Source: a bacterium BMS3Abin08 (lineage in GTDB: Bacteria > Nitrospirota > Thermodesulfovibrionia > Thermodesulfovibrionales > JdFR-85). Taken from it: a stretch of DNA of 64,000 nt. The first letter of the stretch is position 1, and every line of letters starts with the position of its first letter. Location: the NCBI GenBank assembly GCA_002897935.1, contig BDTA01000046.1:17934-81933 (forward strand), written 5' to 3'. A program made the position numbers and the translations under genes. Positions 55,977 through 64,000 of this stretch are shown in pieces. Under the pieces are notes generated by a model. The model worked only from the letters and a program-made list of their open reading frames with translations, was not told the DNA's origin and did not search any database.

Positions 55977-57623
55977 ATGCTAAGGGAAATGCGCATAAGA
56001 AATTTTGCAATTGTTGAAGGTATCGATATCCAGTTTGGAGAAGGCCTTAATGTTATTACAGGCGAAACCGGCGCGGGAAAATCGATAATAATCAATGCAA
56101 TCGAGCTTCTTACAGGTGGACGCTCAAGTTCTGAATTTGTAAGGTCCGGAAAGAACGAGGCATCACTTGATGCTTTTTTCGAGATTGACGGCAGTGCAAC
56201 ACTTAAGTCAATGAACATCCCCGTGGATGGCACAGCCATCGTCAGGAGAGTCATTAACAAAAACGGTAAAAGCAGGGCCTATATTAATGACAGACCTGTC
56301 ACTGTACAGACGCTCTCCAGGTTCGGTCAGGAGCTGATAGACCTCCACGGACAGCACGAGCATCAGAGCCTCCTCTCTGTTGTGGAACAGAGAAAGATCC
56401 TCGATGCCTTTGGCGGTCTGACACCACTCACTGAAGCGGTTGGTAAGTTGTATGCCGGATACAATGAACTCTCCGGCAGGCTCAGGGATATCAAGAACAG
56501 TGAAAGGGAGAGGGAGCAGCGGATTGACATGCTGAAGTACCAAATCAATGAAATAAAGACCGCTTCATTAGAACCCGACGAAAAAAGGTTGCTTATGGAA
56601 GAAAGGGCCATACTCTCGAATCTCAGCAAACTAAAACACCTGAGCGAGATATCCTATAACATGCTGAAGGCGGAACAGGGTTCGGTTATCGAAAAACTGT
56701 CGGAAGTAATAAAATCAATCGATGAACTCAGCGGGATCGATGCTTCCGCCGGAGACATACTCAGACTCCTGAAGGATGGAGAGGCTATTATCGACGAGTC
56801 CGCTCATACCCTCCGTGAGTTCAAGGAGCGTTACGAGTGTGACCCCTACCGGATTGAAGAGGTTGAGACAAGGCTCGATGCCATAGAGAAGCTCGAAAGA
56901 AAGTATGGAGAAGGGGTTGAGGGTATACTCCATCATCTCAGGGCGGCTGAAGATGAGCTGAGTGAACTGGAAGAGATAAGTGGAAAATACGTGGAAACAG
57001 GAGATGAAAGCAAGGAGATACTGAAGGAGCTTGAGGAAATGTCCACCACTTTGAGCAGAAAGAGAAAAGATACCGCTGAAAGGGTGGAAGGGATAATAAA
57101 GAAAATGCTGTCGGAGCTTGCCATTAAAAATCCGGACTTCAGGGTAATGATCACACAGGTGCAACTCTCATCGACAGGAAAGGACAAGGTTGAGTTCCTC
57201 TTCTCTGCAAACCCGGGGGAGCCTCCGAGACCCCTCCATAAGATAGCATCGGGAGGAGAGTTGTCCAGAGTCATGCTTGCCCTCAAGAGTGCCTTTGCAG
57301 AAATCGACAGAAGAAACATACTCGTGTTTGACGAGATAGATTCAGGCGTCGGGGGCAAAACCGCCGATGCCGTTGCAAGAAAATTAAAAGGCATCTCAGG
57401 GAATCACCAGGTGCTGTGTATCACTCATCTCCCCCAGATAGCCTCAAAGGCGGATCACCACCTCTACGTTCATAAAGAAACGGATAAAGGGACGGTAAAG
57501 GTGGAGGTGATTCAACTGAAAGATGAATCGCGGACAGAAGAGATAGCAAGGATGATGAGCGGTACCATTACGGAAACATCTCTGGAACACGCAAGGGAAC
57601 TGCTTCAGGGAAGCCTGAACTGA
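55977..57623 (+). CDS. recN: DNA repair protein RecN
   Basis: Start at ATG 55977 (MLREMRIRNFAIVE). Walker A GETGAGKS, a long coiled coil, the SGGELSR signature, and Walker B LVFDEIDSGVGG. Confidence 0.94.
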   Translation: MLREMRIRNFAIVEGIDIQFGEGLNVITGETGAGKSIIINAIELLTGGRSSSEFVRSGKNEASLDAFFEIDGSATLKSMNIPVDGTAIVRRVINKNGKSRAYINDRPVTVQTLSRFGQELIDLHGQHEHQSLLSVVEQRKILDAFGGLTPLTEAVGKLYAGYNELSGRLRDIKNSEREREQRIDMLKYQINEIKTASLEPDEKRLLMEERAILSNLSKLKHLSEISYNMLKAEQGSVIEKLSEVIKSIDELSGIDASAGDILRLLKDGEAIIDESAHTLREFKERYECDPYRIEEVETRLDAIEKLERKYGEGVEGILHHLRAAEDELSELEEISGKYVETGDESKEILKELEEMSTTLSRKRKDTAERVEGIIKKMLSELAIKNPDFRVMITQVQLSSTGKDKVEFLFSANPGEPPRPLHKIASGGELSRVMLALKSAFAEIDRRNILVFDEIDSGVGGKTADAVARKLKGISGNHQVLCITHLPQIASKADHHLYVHKETDKGTVKVEVIQLKDESRTEEIARMMSGTITETSLEHARELLQGSLN

Positions 57624-57739
57624 GACAGGAGGGCTGTCCGGGTCAAGTACGGGCCATGCTCTGAACCCTCTGCCCCGAAGGCTCTCGGTGTATTGTTTCA
57701 GGATCCGGGGACGTTTGTAATATATTAAAACATGATGGA

Positions 57740-57888
57740 CTCGTAAAAACTCCATCGTACCGTTTTAGGATGGCTAAGTAAAAATTCGATATACAAGGAG
57801 TAGTGGTGTCGCCCAAGCGGAGGCATACATATTGTATGTTGAGCATTGGACGTACCCGCTACGACGCAGGAGATCGATTTTTTACGAC
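57740..57888. repeat. Family C-like element, copy C2 (same termini, unrelated interior)
   Basis: ctcgtaaaaa at 57740-57749 and tttttacga at 57879-57887. The interior lacks the GTCATTCC hairpins. Confidence 0.45.
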
Positions 57889-57945
57889 GCCATCAAACAT
57901 GAGATGCTGAAATGAATTCAGTATGACAACAAGGCTAAATAAATA

Positions 57946-58136
57946 GTGTCTGTGTATAAATATAACAATGCACCTTGCCGAAAGCTCTGACCTTTGGTCG
58001 GAGAGCTTGACAGTCATTTGTCATTCCCGCAAGCCCGAACGCATTCGGGACGGGAATCCTTCTCAAAGAACGATTCCCCGAAGGCTTTCGGGGAATGACA
58101 GAATAACGACAACTGTTCGACTTTATACACAGACTC
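57946..58136 (-). mobile_element. MITE family A, copy A4 (191 bp, inverted relative to A1-A3) carrying an internal module B copy (57966-58009)
   Basis: TIRs gtgtctgtgtataaa / tttatacacagactc (14/15). TA on both flanks. The arm cgaacagttgtcgttattc is at the right end in reverse complement. Confidence 0.88.
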
Positions 58137-58184
58137 TATACATGTCCGATTACACGGACAGGCCCATAGTTTAAAAGATCCGGC

Positions 58185-58412
58185 ATGAAGGGAAAAATTG
58201 AGATAGATAAGGAACGCTGCAAGAGCTGCAGCTACTGTATTGTTGCCTGTCCAAAAAAAATCATTATCCTCGGGTCGGAACTCAACTCATCGGGGTTTCA
58301 TACTGCAAGAGTTACAGATGGGGATAAATGCAATGGATGCACCCTCTGTGCAGAGTCATGTCCGGAGGTGGCTATAGAGGTCTGGAGGTATGATGGCGGG
58401 AAGGAAGATTAA
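58185..58412 (+). CDS. 2x[4Fe-4S] ferredoxin (OFOR delta-subunit-like)
   Basis: 75 aa. CKSCSYCIVACP and CNGCTLCAESCP. Confidence 0.85.
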   Translation: MKGKIEIDKERCKSCSYCIVACPKKIIILGSELNSSGFHTARVTDGDKCNGCTLCAESCPEVAIEVWRYDGGKED

Positions 58413-59245
58413 TCCCCCTCCTTCGGCCCCCTCCTCCTCCTGGCCATCTCATATATGATTACTGCGGCGGCGGCGGCAACATTAAGACTCTCGGCAGCCC
58501 CGTAAATCGGGACCCTGACACTGTCGGTTGATGCCCTCAGTATAACACCACTGACACCGGCTCCCTCGTTACCAAAGACCAGGGCAGTGATCCCCCGGGG
58601 CTTATATTCGTATACGGTCCTTTCAGCCGTACCAGTGGTAATAACTATGTTTACGCCCCTTTCATGGGCCCACTGAATAAATTCATCCTCGTCTGAAAAG
58701 ACAATATCTTCGGTAAAAACACTCCCTGCAGAGGCCCTTATCGACTTCGGGTTAAAGGGATTGACTGAACCCTTAAGAGAGATTAACGTCTCAACTCCTG
58801 CAGCATCAGCCGTTCTGATCAATGTCCCCATATTACCAGGATCCTGTATCCTGTCCGATACAACATACAGTGCATCGCCGGATACGTCTTGTTCCGACAG
58901 TTTCTCTGTTACGACCCTTACAACACCGATCATCCCCTGAGGGGTTTCCGTGCCGGATATTTTATCCATCAGCATCCTGTCAACAACATACAGGGGGACC
59001 TCTTTCTCAAGAAGTTCCGTAAGCAGTTGGACATGCCTCTCATCCTCCACAAGCTCCTGCGTAAGCAGCACGTAATTAATCCTGTGCCTGCTCTGCAGTG
59101 CCTGCAATACACTCAAGGGGCCTTCGACGACAACCTCACCTGCAACAGCCCTATGAGACGGGGCATACTTCTCAGGCCTCTCCCTTATCTTAAGGACCTT
59201 CTTTATTCTGGGGTTATGCCGTGAAGCCAGTTCCTGTAATTCCAC
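58409..59245 (-). CDS. TrmH/SpoU-family RNA 2'-O-methyltransferase (RlmB-like)
   Basis: 278 aa. SpoU C-terminal motifs (QDPGNMGTLIRTA, LVFGNEGAGV, ESLNVAAAAAV). Confidence 0.85.
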   Translation of the reverse strand: MELQELASRHNPRIKKVLKIRERPEKYAPSHRAVAGEVVVEGPLSVLQALQSRHRINYVLLTQELVEDERHVQLLTELLEKEVPLYVVDRMLMDKISGTETPQGMIGVVRVVTEKLSEQDVSGDALYVVSDRIQDPGNMGTLIRTADAAGVETLISLKGSVNPFNPKSIRASAGSVFTEDIVFSDEDEFIQWAHERGVNIVITTGTAERTVYEYKPRGITALVFGNEGAGVSGVILRASTDSVRVPIYGAAESLNVAAAAAVIIYEMARRRRGPKEGD

Positions 59246-60161
59246 CCTTAACTCTCCATCTCATGTAAAAAAAGACCCCGGGGACTGAACCGAGGGCATA
59301 TGAAAAAAACCACGCCAGAGAAATCGATGCAGCAACCTCCGGTCTGACCCCGACGAATCCAAGAAGAAAGACAAAGGCCCCTTCTCTCAGCCCCAGTCCT
59401 GATATCGATATCGGAATGGTAGTAACTGTTATTATAATTGGAAGGAAGATAAAAAGCTCCATCAGATCCGTATCCGAGCCGAGCCCGATTGAAATCAGGT
59501 ACACGCAAAAGATGCCGATCACCTGTATGATGATTGAGAGGGTCACCGTCTTGACGAGAATTGCAGGAGACCTCCAGAGATTCGTGAAATAGTCATAAAA
59601 ACCCCTCACCTTTGAAAATCGCTTTCCGAGTCTAAGGCCAAACATCAAAACACTTGCTACGATAAACAGCAGTGCGATTACGGGAATCATCCACTCGATA
59701 CCCGTCCCCCTGATTCTCTGAAAACCAAAGGGAAGCGCCAGAAGGCCAAGTGTCAGAAGGGCAACAAACCCGACATACCTGTCGGCAAATACCGAGCCGA
59801 TGGAAGATTGGGCATCACCTGTATCCCTGTAAAGATAATATATCCTGACGGCATCACCTCCAATGACTCCCGGCAGGATGTTATTAAAAAAGGCGCCCAT
59901 GAAGTAGAGTGTAAAAAACCGGGACAGCGGCAGATCCGCCGCTGTTCCGGATCTACTGAGAAGAAGCCTCCATCGGAGACTCGATATGTAGAGAGAGAAA
60001 ACATACAGCAAAAGAGAGCCAAAAAAAAAGAGGGGATTTATTGACCGTAGTACATCGAAGACCTTACCTGCACCTGTTTCTTTCAGTATCAGATAAAGCA
60101 CGGATGCACTGACGGCTATTTTAGCAGCTAAAAGGAGCAGCTTATTTGTCTTTTTTTCCAA
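59214..60161 (-). CDS. UPF0104 / lysylphosphatidylglycerol-synthase-TM-region-like (flippase-like) membrane protein
   Basis: 315 aa, about 8 TM. The FFNNILPGVIGGDAVRIYY motif is typical of this family. Confidence 0.65.
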   Translation of the reverse strand: MEKKTNKLLLLAAKIAVSASVLYLILKETGAGKVFDVLRSINPLFFFGSLLLYVFSLYISSLRWRLLLSRSGTAADLPLSRFFTLYFMGAFFNNILPGVIGGDAVRIYYLYRDTGDAQSSIGSVFADRYVGFVALLTLGLLALPFGFQRIRGTGIEWMIPVIALLFIVASVLMFGLRLGKRFSKVRGFYDYFTNLWRSPAILVKTVTLSIIIQVIGIFCVYLISIGLGSDTDLMELFIFLPIIITVTTIPISISGLGLREGAFVFLLGFVGVRPEVAASISLAWFFSYALGSVPGVFFYMRWRVKGGITGTGFTA

Positions 60162-61131
60162 TTATCCTTTTGATTACGTAAATAGGTTTTCTCTGGCTTT
60201 CATGATAAACCCGCACAAGCATTTCGCTGATTAATCCCATCCCGATCAACTGAATTCCCACGATAATAAGCAGCACCCCGAGCAACAGAAGAGGCCTTCC
60301 ACCAATTAAATCATGAAAGAAGATCTTCCTGAAAGAAAGGTATATGGAGATTAAAACCCCTGCCGCTCCTGAAACAAGCCCCATGGAACCAAAGAACTGT
60401 ATCGGCTTTGTAGAAAAACTCTGCAGGAACTTGACCGTTATGAGGTCAAGAACCACCTTCATGGTTCTTGAAAGACCATACTTGGACTTTCCATGCAGCC
60501 TGGGATGGTGGGTGGTTTCTACCTCGGTCACCCTGACACCGTACCAACTTGCAACTGCGGGGATGAATCTATGCATCTCGCCATAGAGTTTCAGGTTCTT
60601 GATAACCTCCCTCCTGTATGCCTTGAGTGAGCATCCGTAATCATGAAGCTTAACGCCTGTCACCTTGCTTATCAGCCAGTTGGCAATCATTGACGGCAGC
60701 CTCCTGCTGAGAAAGGGATCTCTCCTGTCCTTTCTCCATCCACTAACCAGGTCACAGGAATCAATTTCTTCCAGGAGATGGGGAATATCCGCGGGGTCGT
60801 TCTGAAGGTCCCCGTCCATTGTTATGATCACATCCCCTCTTGCAAAATCAAATCCTGCAGCAAATGCAGCGGTCTGACCGAAGTTCCTCCTCAGACTCAG
60901 CACAAGAACACTGTTGTTACCTTCCGAGATCTCTTCAAGAATATCAGGTGTGCTGTCAACACTGCCGTCATCAACATAGATTATCTCATACCCCTTACCC
61001 AGAGAATCGAGAACATCCGCAAGTCTTCTGTGAAGTTCCCTGACGTTTTCTTCCTCGTTGTAGAGGGGTATTACAATAGAGATCCTTTTTATCCATTCCG
61101 GAATCATTGATAACCTCAGAGGCAACGGCAA
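60142..61131 (-). CDS. Family 2 glycosyltransferase with two C-terminal TM helices (polyprenyl-phosphate glycosyltransferase, GtrB/ArnC-like)
   Basis: ISIVIPLYNEE, VDDGSVDST, MDGDLQND, and C-terminal TM helices. Confidence 0.85.
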   Translation of the reverse strand: MPLPLRLSMIPEWIKRISIVIPLYNEEENVRELHRRLADVLDSLGKGYEIIYVDDGSVDSTPDILEEISEGNNSVLVLSLRRNFGQTAAFAAGFDFARGDVIITMDGDLQNDPADIPHLLEEIDSCDLVSGWRKDRRDPFLSRRLPSMIANWLISKVTGVKLHDYGCSLKAYRREVIKNLKLYGEMHRFIPAVASWYGVRVTEVETTHHPRLHGKSKYGLSRTMKVVLDLITVKFLQSFSTKPIQFFGSMGLVSGAAGVLISIYLSFRKIFFHDLIGGRPLLLLGVLLIIVGIQLIGMGLISEMLVRVYHESQRKPIYVIKRIIGKKDK

Positions 61132-61143
61132 AAGTGTTCTATT

Positions 61144-62028
61144 TTACAATTTCCCCCTGTTTTTTTTCAGATTAAGCGCAGCTCTTCCATAATCCTCCAA
61201 AAAACCACTTAGAGAAGCCCTCCAGTCCAGGGGTTTAAACCCTGTGGCTACCTCGGTATAAAAGGTATCAAGCACCGAGTATGCCGGACGCCTTGCCTCT
61301 GTAGGAAAGTCGGCGGTAGAAACCGGCACGACCCTGGTACCCAGACCCGATAGCCTTACAATCTCCGTGGCAAAGTCATACCAGCTTATCCCCCCATCAG
61401 TCCTGTCCGTAACATGGTGGATACCGAAAACACCGGATTCAATCACCTTCCTGATACCTGCGGCAAGGTTTTCGGTCCATGTGGGAGACCCTGTCTGATC
61501 CGAGACAACCCTTATTTCCTCGTTCTCCCGGGACAGTCCAAGGATGGTCTTAACGAAATTATTTCCCCTAAGCCCGTAAAGCCAGCTGGTCCTTATTATA
61601 AAATACTCCTTCATGAACCACTGGATATACTTCTCACCTGCAAGCTTGCTCCCGCCGTAAAAATTTATCGGCGCAGTGGGATCGAAGGGGGAGTATGGTC
61701 TTTCACCGATACCGGCAAAGACGTAATCGGTACTCACATGACATAAAATGATCTTAAAATCAGAACATGCCTTTACCAGGTTAAATACACCGAGGCCGTT
61801 TACGGCAAAGGCCCTCTCCCTCTGCACCTCGGCAAGATCGACATTGGTGAAAGCAGCACAGTTTATAAGAATATCCGGCCTTACGGATGATATCGTCCTG
61901 TAAACAAGATCACTATCGGAAATATCAAGGGCCTCGCGACCAAAGGGTATAACATCATATTCGCCCTTCAGCTTCGGCAGAAGATCCGAGCCGAGCATCC
62001 CCTCCGCACCAGTGACAACGACCCTCAC
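61144..62028 (-). CDS. rfbD: dTDP-4-dehydrorhamnose reductase
   Basis: 294 aa. MRVVVTGAEGMLG and VSTDYVF. Confidence 0.9.
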   Translation of the reverse strand: MRVVVTGAEGMLGSDLLPKLKGEYDVIPFGREALDISDSDLVYRTISSVRPDILINCAAFTNVDLAEVQRERAFAVNGLGVFNLVKACSDFKIILCHVSTDYVFAGIGERPYSPFDPTAPINFYGGSKLAGEKYIQWFMKEYFIIRTSWLYGLRGNNFVKTILGLSRENEEIRVVSDQTGSPTWTENLAAGIRKVIESGVFGIHHVTDRTDGGISWYDFATEIVRLSGLGTRVVPVSTADFPTEARRPAYSVLDTFYTEVATGFKPLDWRASLSGFLEDYGRAALNLKKNRGKL

Positions 62029-63032
62029 TCCGCGACCGTCCAGAAACCCCTGCTTTCGTTTTTCAGCTTCTCCTTAAGGGGCCTCCACCACCATTCATTA
62101 CGGCTGTACCACCCTATAACCTCTCCCAGGCCTGACTCAAAGTCTGTTCGGGGCTGCCAGCCGAGACGGCTCCTGATCCTGTCTGAATCCACCGAATAGC
62201 GGTAGTCGTGACCGGGCCTGTCGGAGACAAACTCAATACTGTCCTCACTCAGACCCATTTTTGAGATGACTGCCCTGACCACATCAAGGTTCCTTATCTC
62301 ATTGCCCCCCCCGACATTATAAACCTCGCCAGGCTGCCCCTCGCGTAATATCCTGTCCAGCGCCGAACATGTATCCTCAACATAGAGCCAATCCCTGATG
62401 TTCAGTCCCTCTCCATACACGGGCACGGCCCTTTCATCGAGGAGGTTGGTTATCATAAGGGGAATGAATTTCTCCGGATACTGGTAGGGACCGTAGTTGT
62501 TGGTGGGCCTTACGATTATTGCAGGCAGATTAAATGTCCGGATATATGAACGTATCAGCAGGTCACCGGCCGCCTTGGATGCGGAATAAGGTGAGTTCGG
62601 CATAAGTGGAGATTCCTCTGCAAATGACCCGGTATCATCTTCAAGACTCCCATACACCTCATCGGTAGAGAGATGAACGAACCTCTTGACACCCCCGGTC
62701 CTGGCTGAATCAATCAAAACCTGAAGGCCGGTAACGTTCGTCTTAAGAAAGGGGTGGGCATCCTCGATAGACCGGTCCACGTGGCTCTCTGCTGCAAAGT
62801 TAATAATTGCGTCACACCCTCTCAGGGCCTCTGCAACAACCCGGGCATCCTCTATCCTTCCATGAACAAAGGTGTATCTCCCATCAGGCTCAATATCCCT
62901 GAGATTCTCCCTGTTCCCCGCGTATGTCAAGGCATCGAGATTGACGATTTCACAATCATCATAATGTCTCAACATGAACCTTACGAAATTTGATCCTATA
63001 AAGCCATATCCACCTGTTACGAGTATCCTCAC
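62025..63032 (-). CDS. rfbB: dTDP-glucose 4,6-dehydratase
   Basis: 335 aa. VTGGYGFIGSNF, STDEVYG, YSASKAAGD. Confidence 0.94.
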   Translation of the reverse strand: MRILVTGGYGFIGSNFVRFMLRHYDDCEIVNLDALTYAGNRENLRDIEPDGRYTFVHGRIEDARVVAEALRGCDAIINFAAESHVDRSIEDAHPFLKTNVTGLQVLIDSARTGGVKRFVHLSTDEVYGSLEDDTGSFAEESPLMPNSPYSASKAAGDLLIRSYIRTFNLPAIIVRPTNNYGPYQYPEKFIPLMITNLLDERAVPVYGEGLNIRDWLYVEDTCSALDRILREGQPGEVYNVGGGNEIRNLDVVRAVISKMGLSEDSIEFVSDRPGHDYRYSVDSDRIRSRLGWQPRTDFESGLGEVIGWYSRNEWWWRPLKEKLKNESRGFWTVAE

Positions 63033-63123
63033 AAGTCTTCTCCCTGAAGGTTATTTCCCGCCTGATCGAGCGGTTCCAAAACCGTGAATCAGGATAGCGG
63101 TTTCCGTTAAAACATGTTTCCGT

Positions 63124-63609
63124 TTAAAGCTTGAAGGGACTATCCGGATCATTCTCGTATCTGATCTCGTCAACCTCTTCCTCCTTCCCCCATCCCATGA
63201 AAAGCCTGTCCGGGAAGTTCAGTACAAAACCCTCCCCCTTGCCTGCATTTTTATAGGCATGCACAACACCCGGCGGCACGATCACCGTCTTTTTCTCCGT
63301 ATCCTCTATTACTTTGTGATTACGGTAGGTTGGAGAGCCTCTCCTGTTGTCCCAGAGGTAGAGGTGAAATTCACCGAAGAAACAGAAGTAGTCCGTTTGT
63401 TCCCTGTGCTCATGTGGACCCCTTACAACCCCGGGATATGTAAGCGAAAGATAGCACATCGGCAGATGGAGCCCTTCGGAAAGCTCATCATCCCTGAAAA
63501 GCTCGGTCAACCAGCCACGCTCATCCTTAAATACCTTCAGGGACTTAACAAGGATCCCCTCGATATCTCCATTTCTGAAGCCGGTCAACAGTTCATATCC
63601 TCTCTTCAA
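63124..63609 (-). CDS. rfbC: dTDP-4-dehydrorhamnose 3,5-epimerase-like cupin
   Basis: 161 aa. FKDERGWLTELF, RGPHEH, GVVHAY. Sits in an rfb context. Confidence 0.7.
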   Translation of the reverse strand: MKRGYELLTGFRNGDIEGILVKSLKVFKDERGWLTELFRDDELSEGLHLPMCYLSLTYPGVVRGPHEHREQTDYFCFFGEFHLYLWDNRRGSPTYRNHKVIEDTEKKTVIVPPGVVHAYKNAGKGEGFVLNFPDRLFMGWGKEEEVDEIRYENDPDSPFKL

Positions 63610-63663
63610 CCAAGGTTACACATCAGATAACGTCCGGTGCCGCTACAGATAAATCCTGAACCA

Positions 63664-64000
63664 TTACACCTCTATCGTGGAATCATCACCAACCATGAGC
63701 CTCAGGGCCTTATGTCTGTGATTACCACGTAAAACCTGTGCGGACCTGCCGATAAGACTGTCCTCCAGCCTCCCTATATCCCTTATCACCGTTTCATCAA
63801 GAATAACGGAGTGTTCAACCACCGAGTTGTAAATCCTCACCCCCTCGCCTATGCTCGTATAGGGCCCGATAAAGGAATTCACTATCTCACTCTTTCTGCC
63901 AATCCTGACAGGACCACGAATTACGGAGTTCTTTACCGAACTGCCGTTGTTGATATCCACCCTTCCAAGAACCTTGCTTTTTTTATCTATCCTGCCCTTT
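63664..64000 (-). CDS. rfbA: Sugar-1-phosphate nucleotidyl(thymidylyl)transferase, C-terminal left-handed beta-helix part (5' end lies outside the window)
   Basis: The frame stays open to the window edge (KGRIDKKSKVLGRVDINNGS...). Hexapeptide-like repeats. The position is upstream of rfbC/B/D. Confidence 0.6.
   Translation of the reverse strand, partial: KGRIDKKSKVLGRVDINNGSSVKNSVIRGPVRIGRKSEIVNSFIGPYTSIGEGVRIYNSVVEHSVILDETVIRDIGRLEDSLIGRSAQVLRGNHRHKALRLMVGDDSTIEV

Noticed and set aside
57750-57878. The interior of element C2 considered as a possible ncRNA or group II intron remnant (gtgtcgcccaagcggaggcatac...ttgagcattggacgtacccgctacgacgc).
   Set aside because: I recognised no conserved intron domain V or VI, or any other RNA-family signature. 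It is single-copy here and cannot be supported without a covariance-model search.
1-64000. Scan for CRISPR arrays, tRNA, rRNA, tmRNA, SRP or RNase P RNA genes, prophage, integrase, transposase, toxin-antitoxin or defence genes.
   Set aside because: I saw no regularly spaced direct repeats, no cloverleaf-like or conserved RNA cores in the intergenic regions, and no ORFs with integrase, transposase or defence signatures. The repeats present are inverted-repeat MITE types, not CRISPR.

Overview
This is a 64-kb bacterial chromosomal window, densely coding on both strands. I found no rRNA, tRNA or CRISPR. The gene content includes HypD, 2-oxoacid:ferredoxin oxidoreductase parts, System II cytochrome c maturation, a DsrE-like protein, a sigma54 activator and many CheY-like receivers. 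That suggests an anaerobe, possibly Nitrospirota- or Thermodesulfobacteriota-like, but the taxonomy cannot be verified here. Most of the window is housekeeping: obg-proB; pcrA-gatC; htrA-glmU-glmS; yebC; hypD; hemW; metK-ahcY-rlmN; dapB; resB-ccsA; trxA; ffh-rpsP-KH-rimM-trmD-rplS-rnhB; recN; and an rfbACBD dTDP-rhamnose operon. Two things stand out. (1) A 16-kb block of 13 same-strand genes (15764-31617) is a chemosensory cluster of the non-flagellar type. It has two receptors of about 64 heptads, and one of them carries a periplasmic CxxCH motif and a C-terminal cytoplasmic PhnD-like binding domain. Four non-canonical members are embedded in it: a PATAN/DUF4388-GAF-like protein, an ExeA/MshM-like AAA+ ATPase translationally coupled between CheA and CheW, a roughly 650-aa HEAT-repeat protein, and a coiled-coil GAF protein. 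No motor or output genes occur anywhere in the window. This is my best candidate for an uncharacterised system. (2) Nearly every long intergenic region is built from MITE-like modules. These include a TA-flanked 132-191 bp family with 15-bp terminal inverted repeats in 4 copies, plus GTCATTCC...GGAATGAC hairpin modules and other families. The modules split a histidine-kinase/sigma54-regulator pair, bracket recN and sit inside the che operon. All calls come from reading the sequence and the ORF translations; no searches were run.
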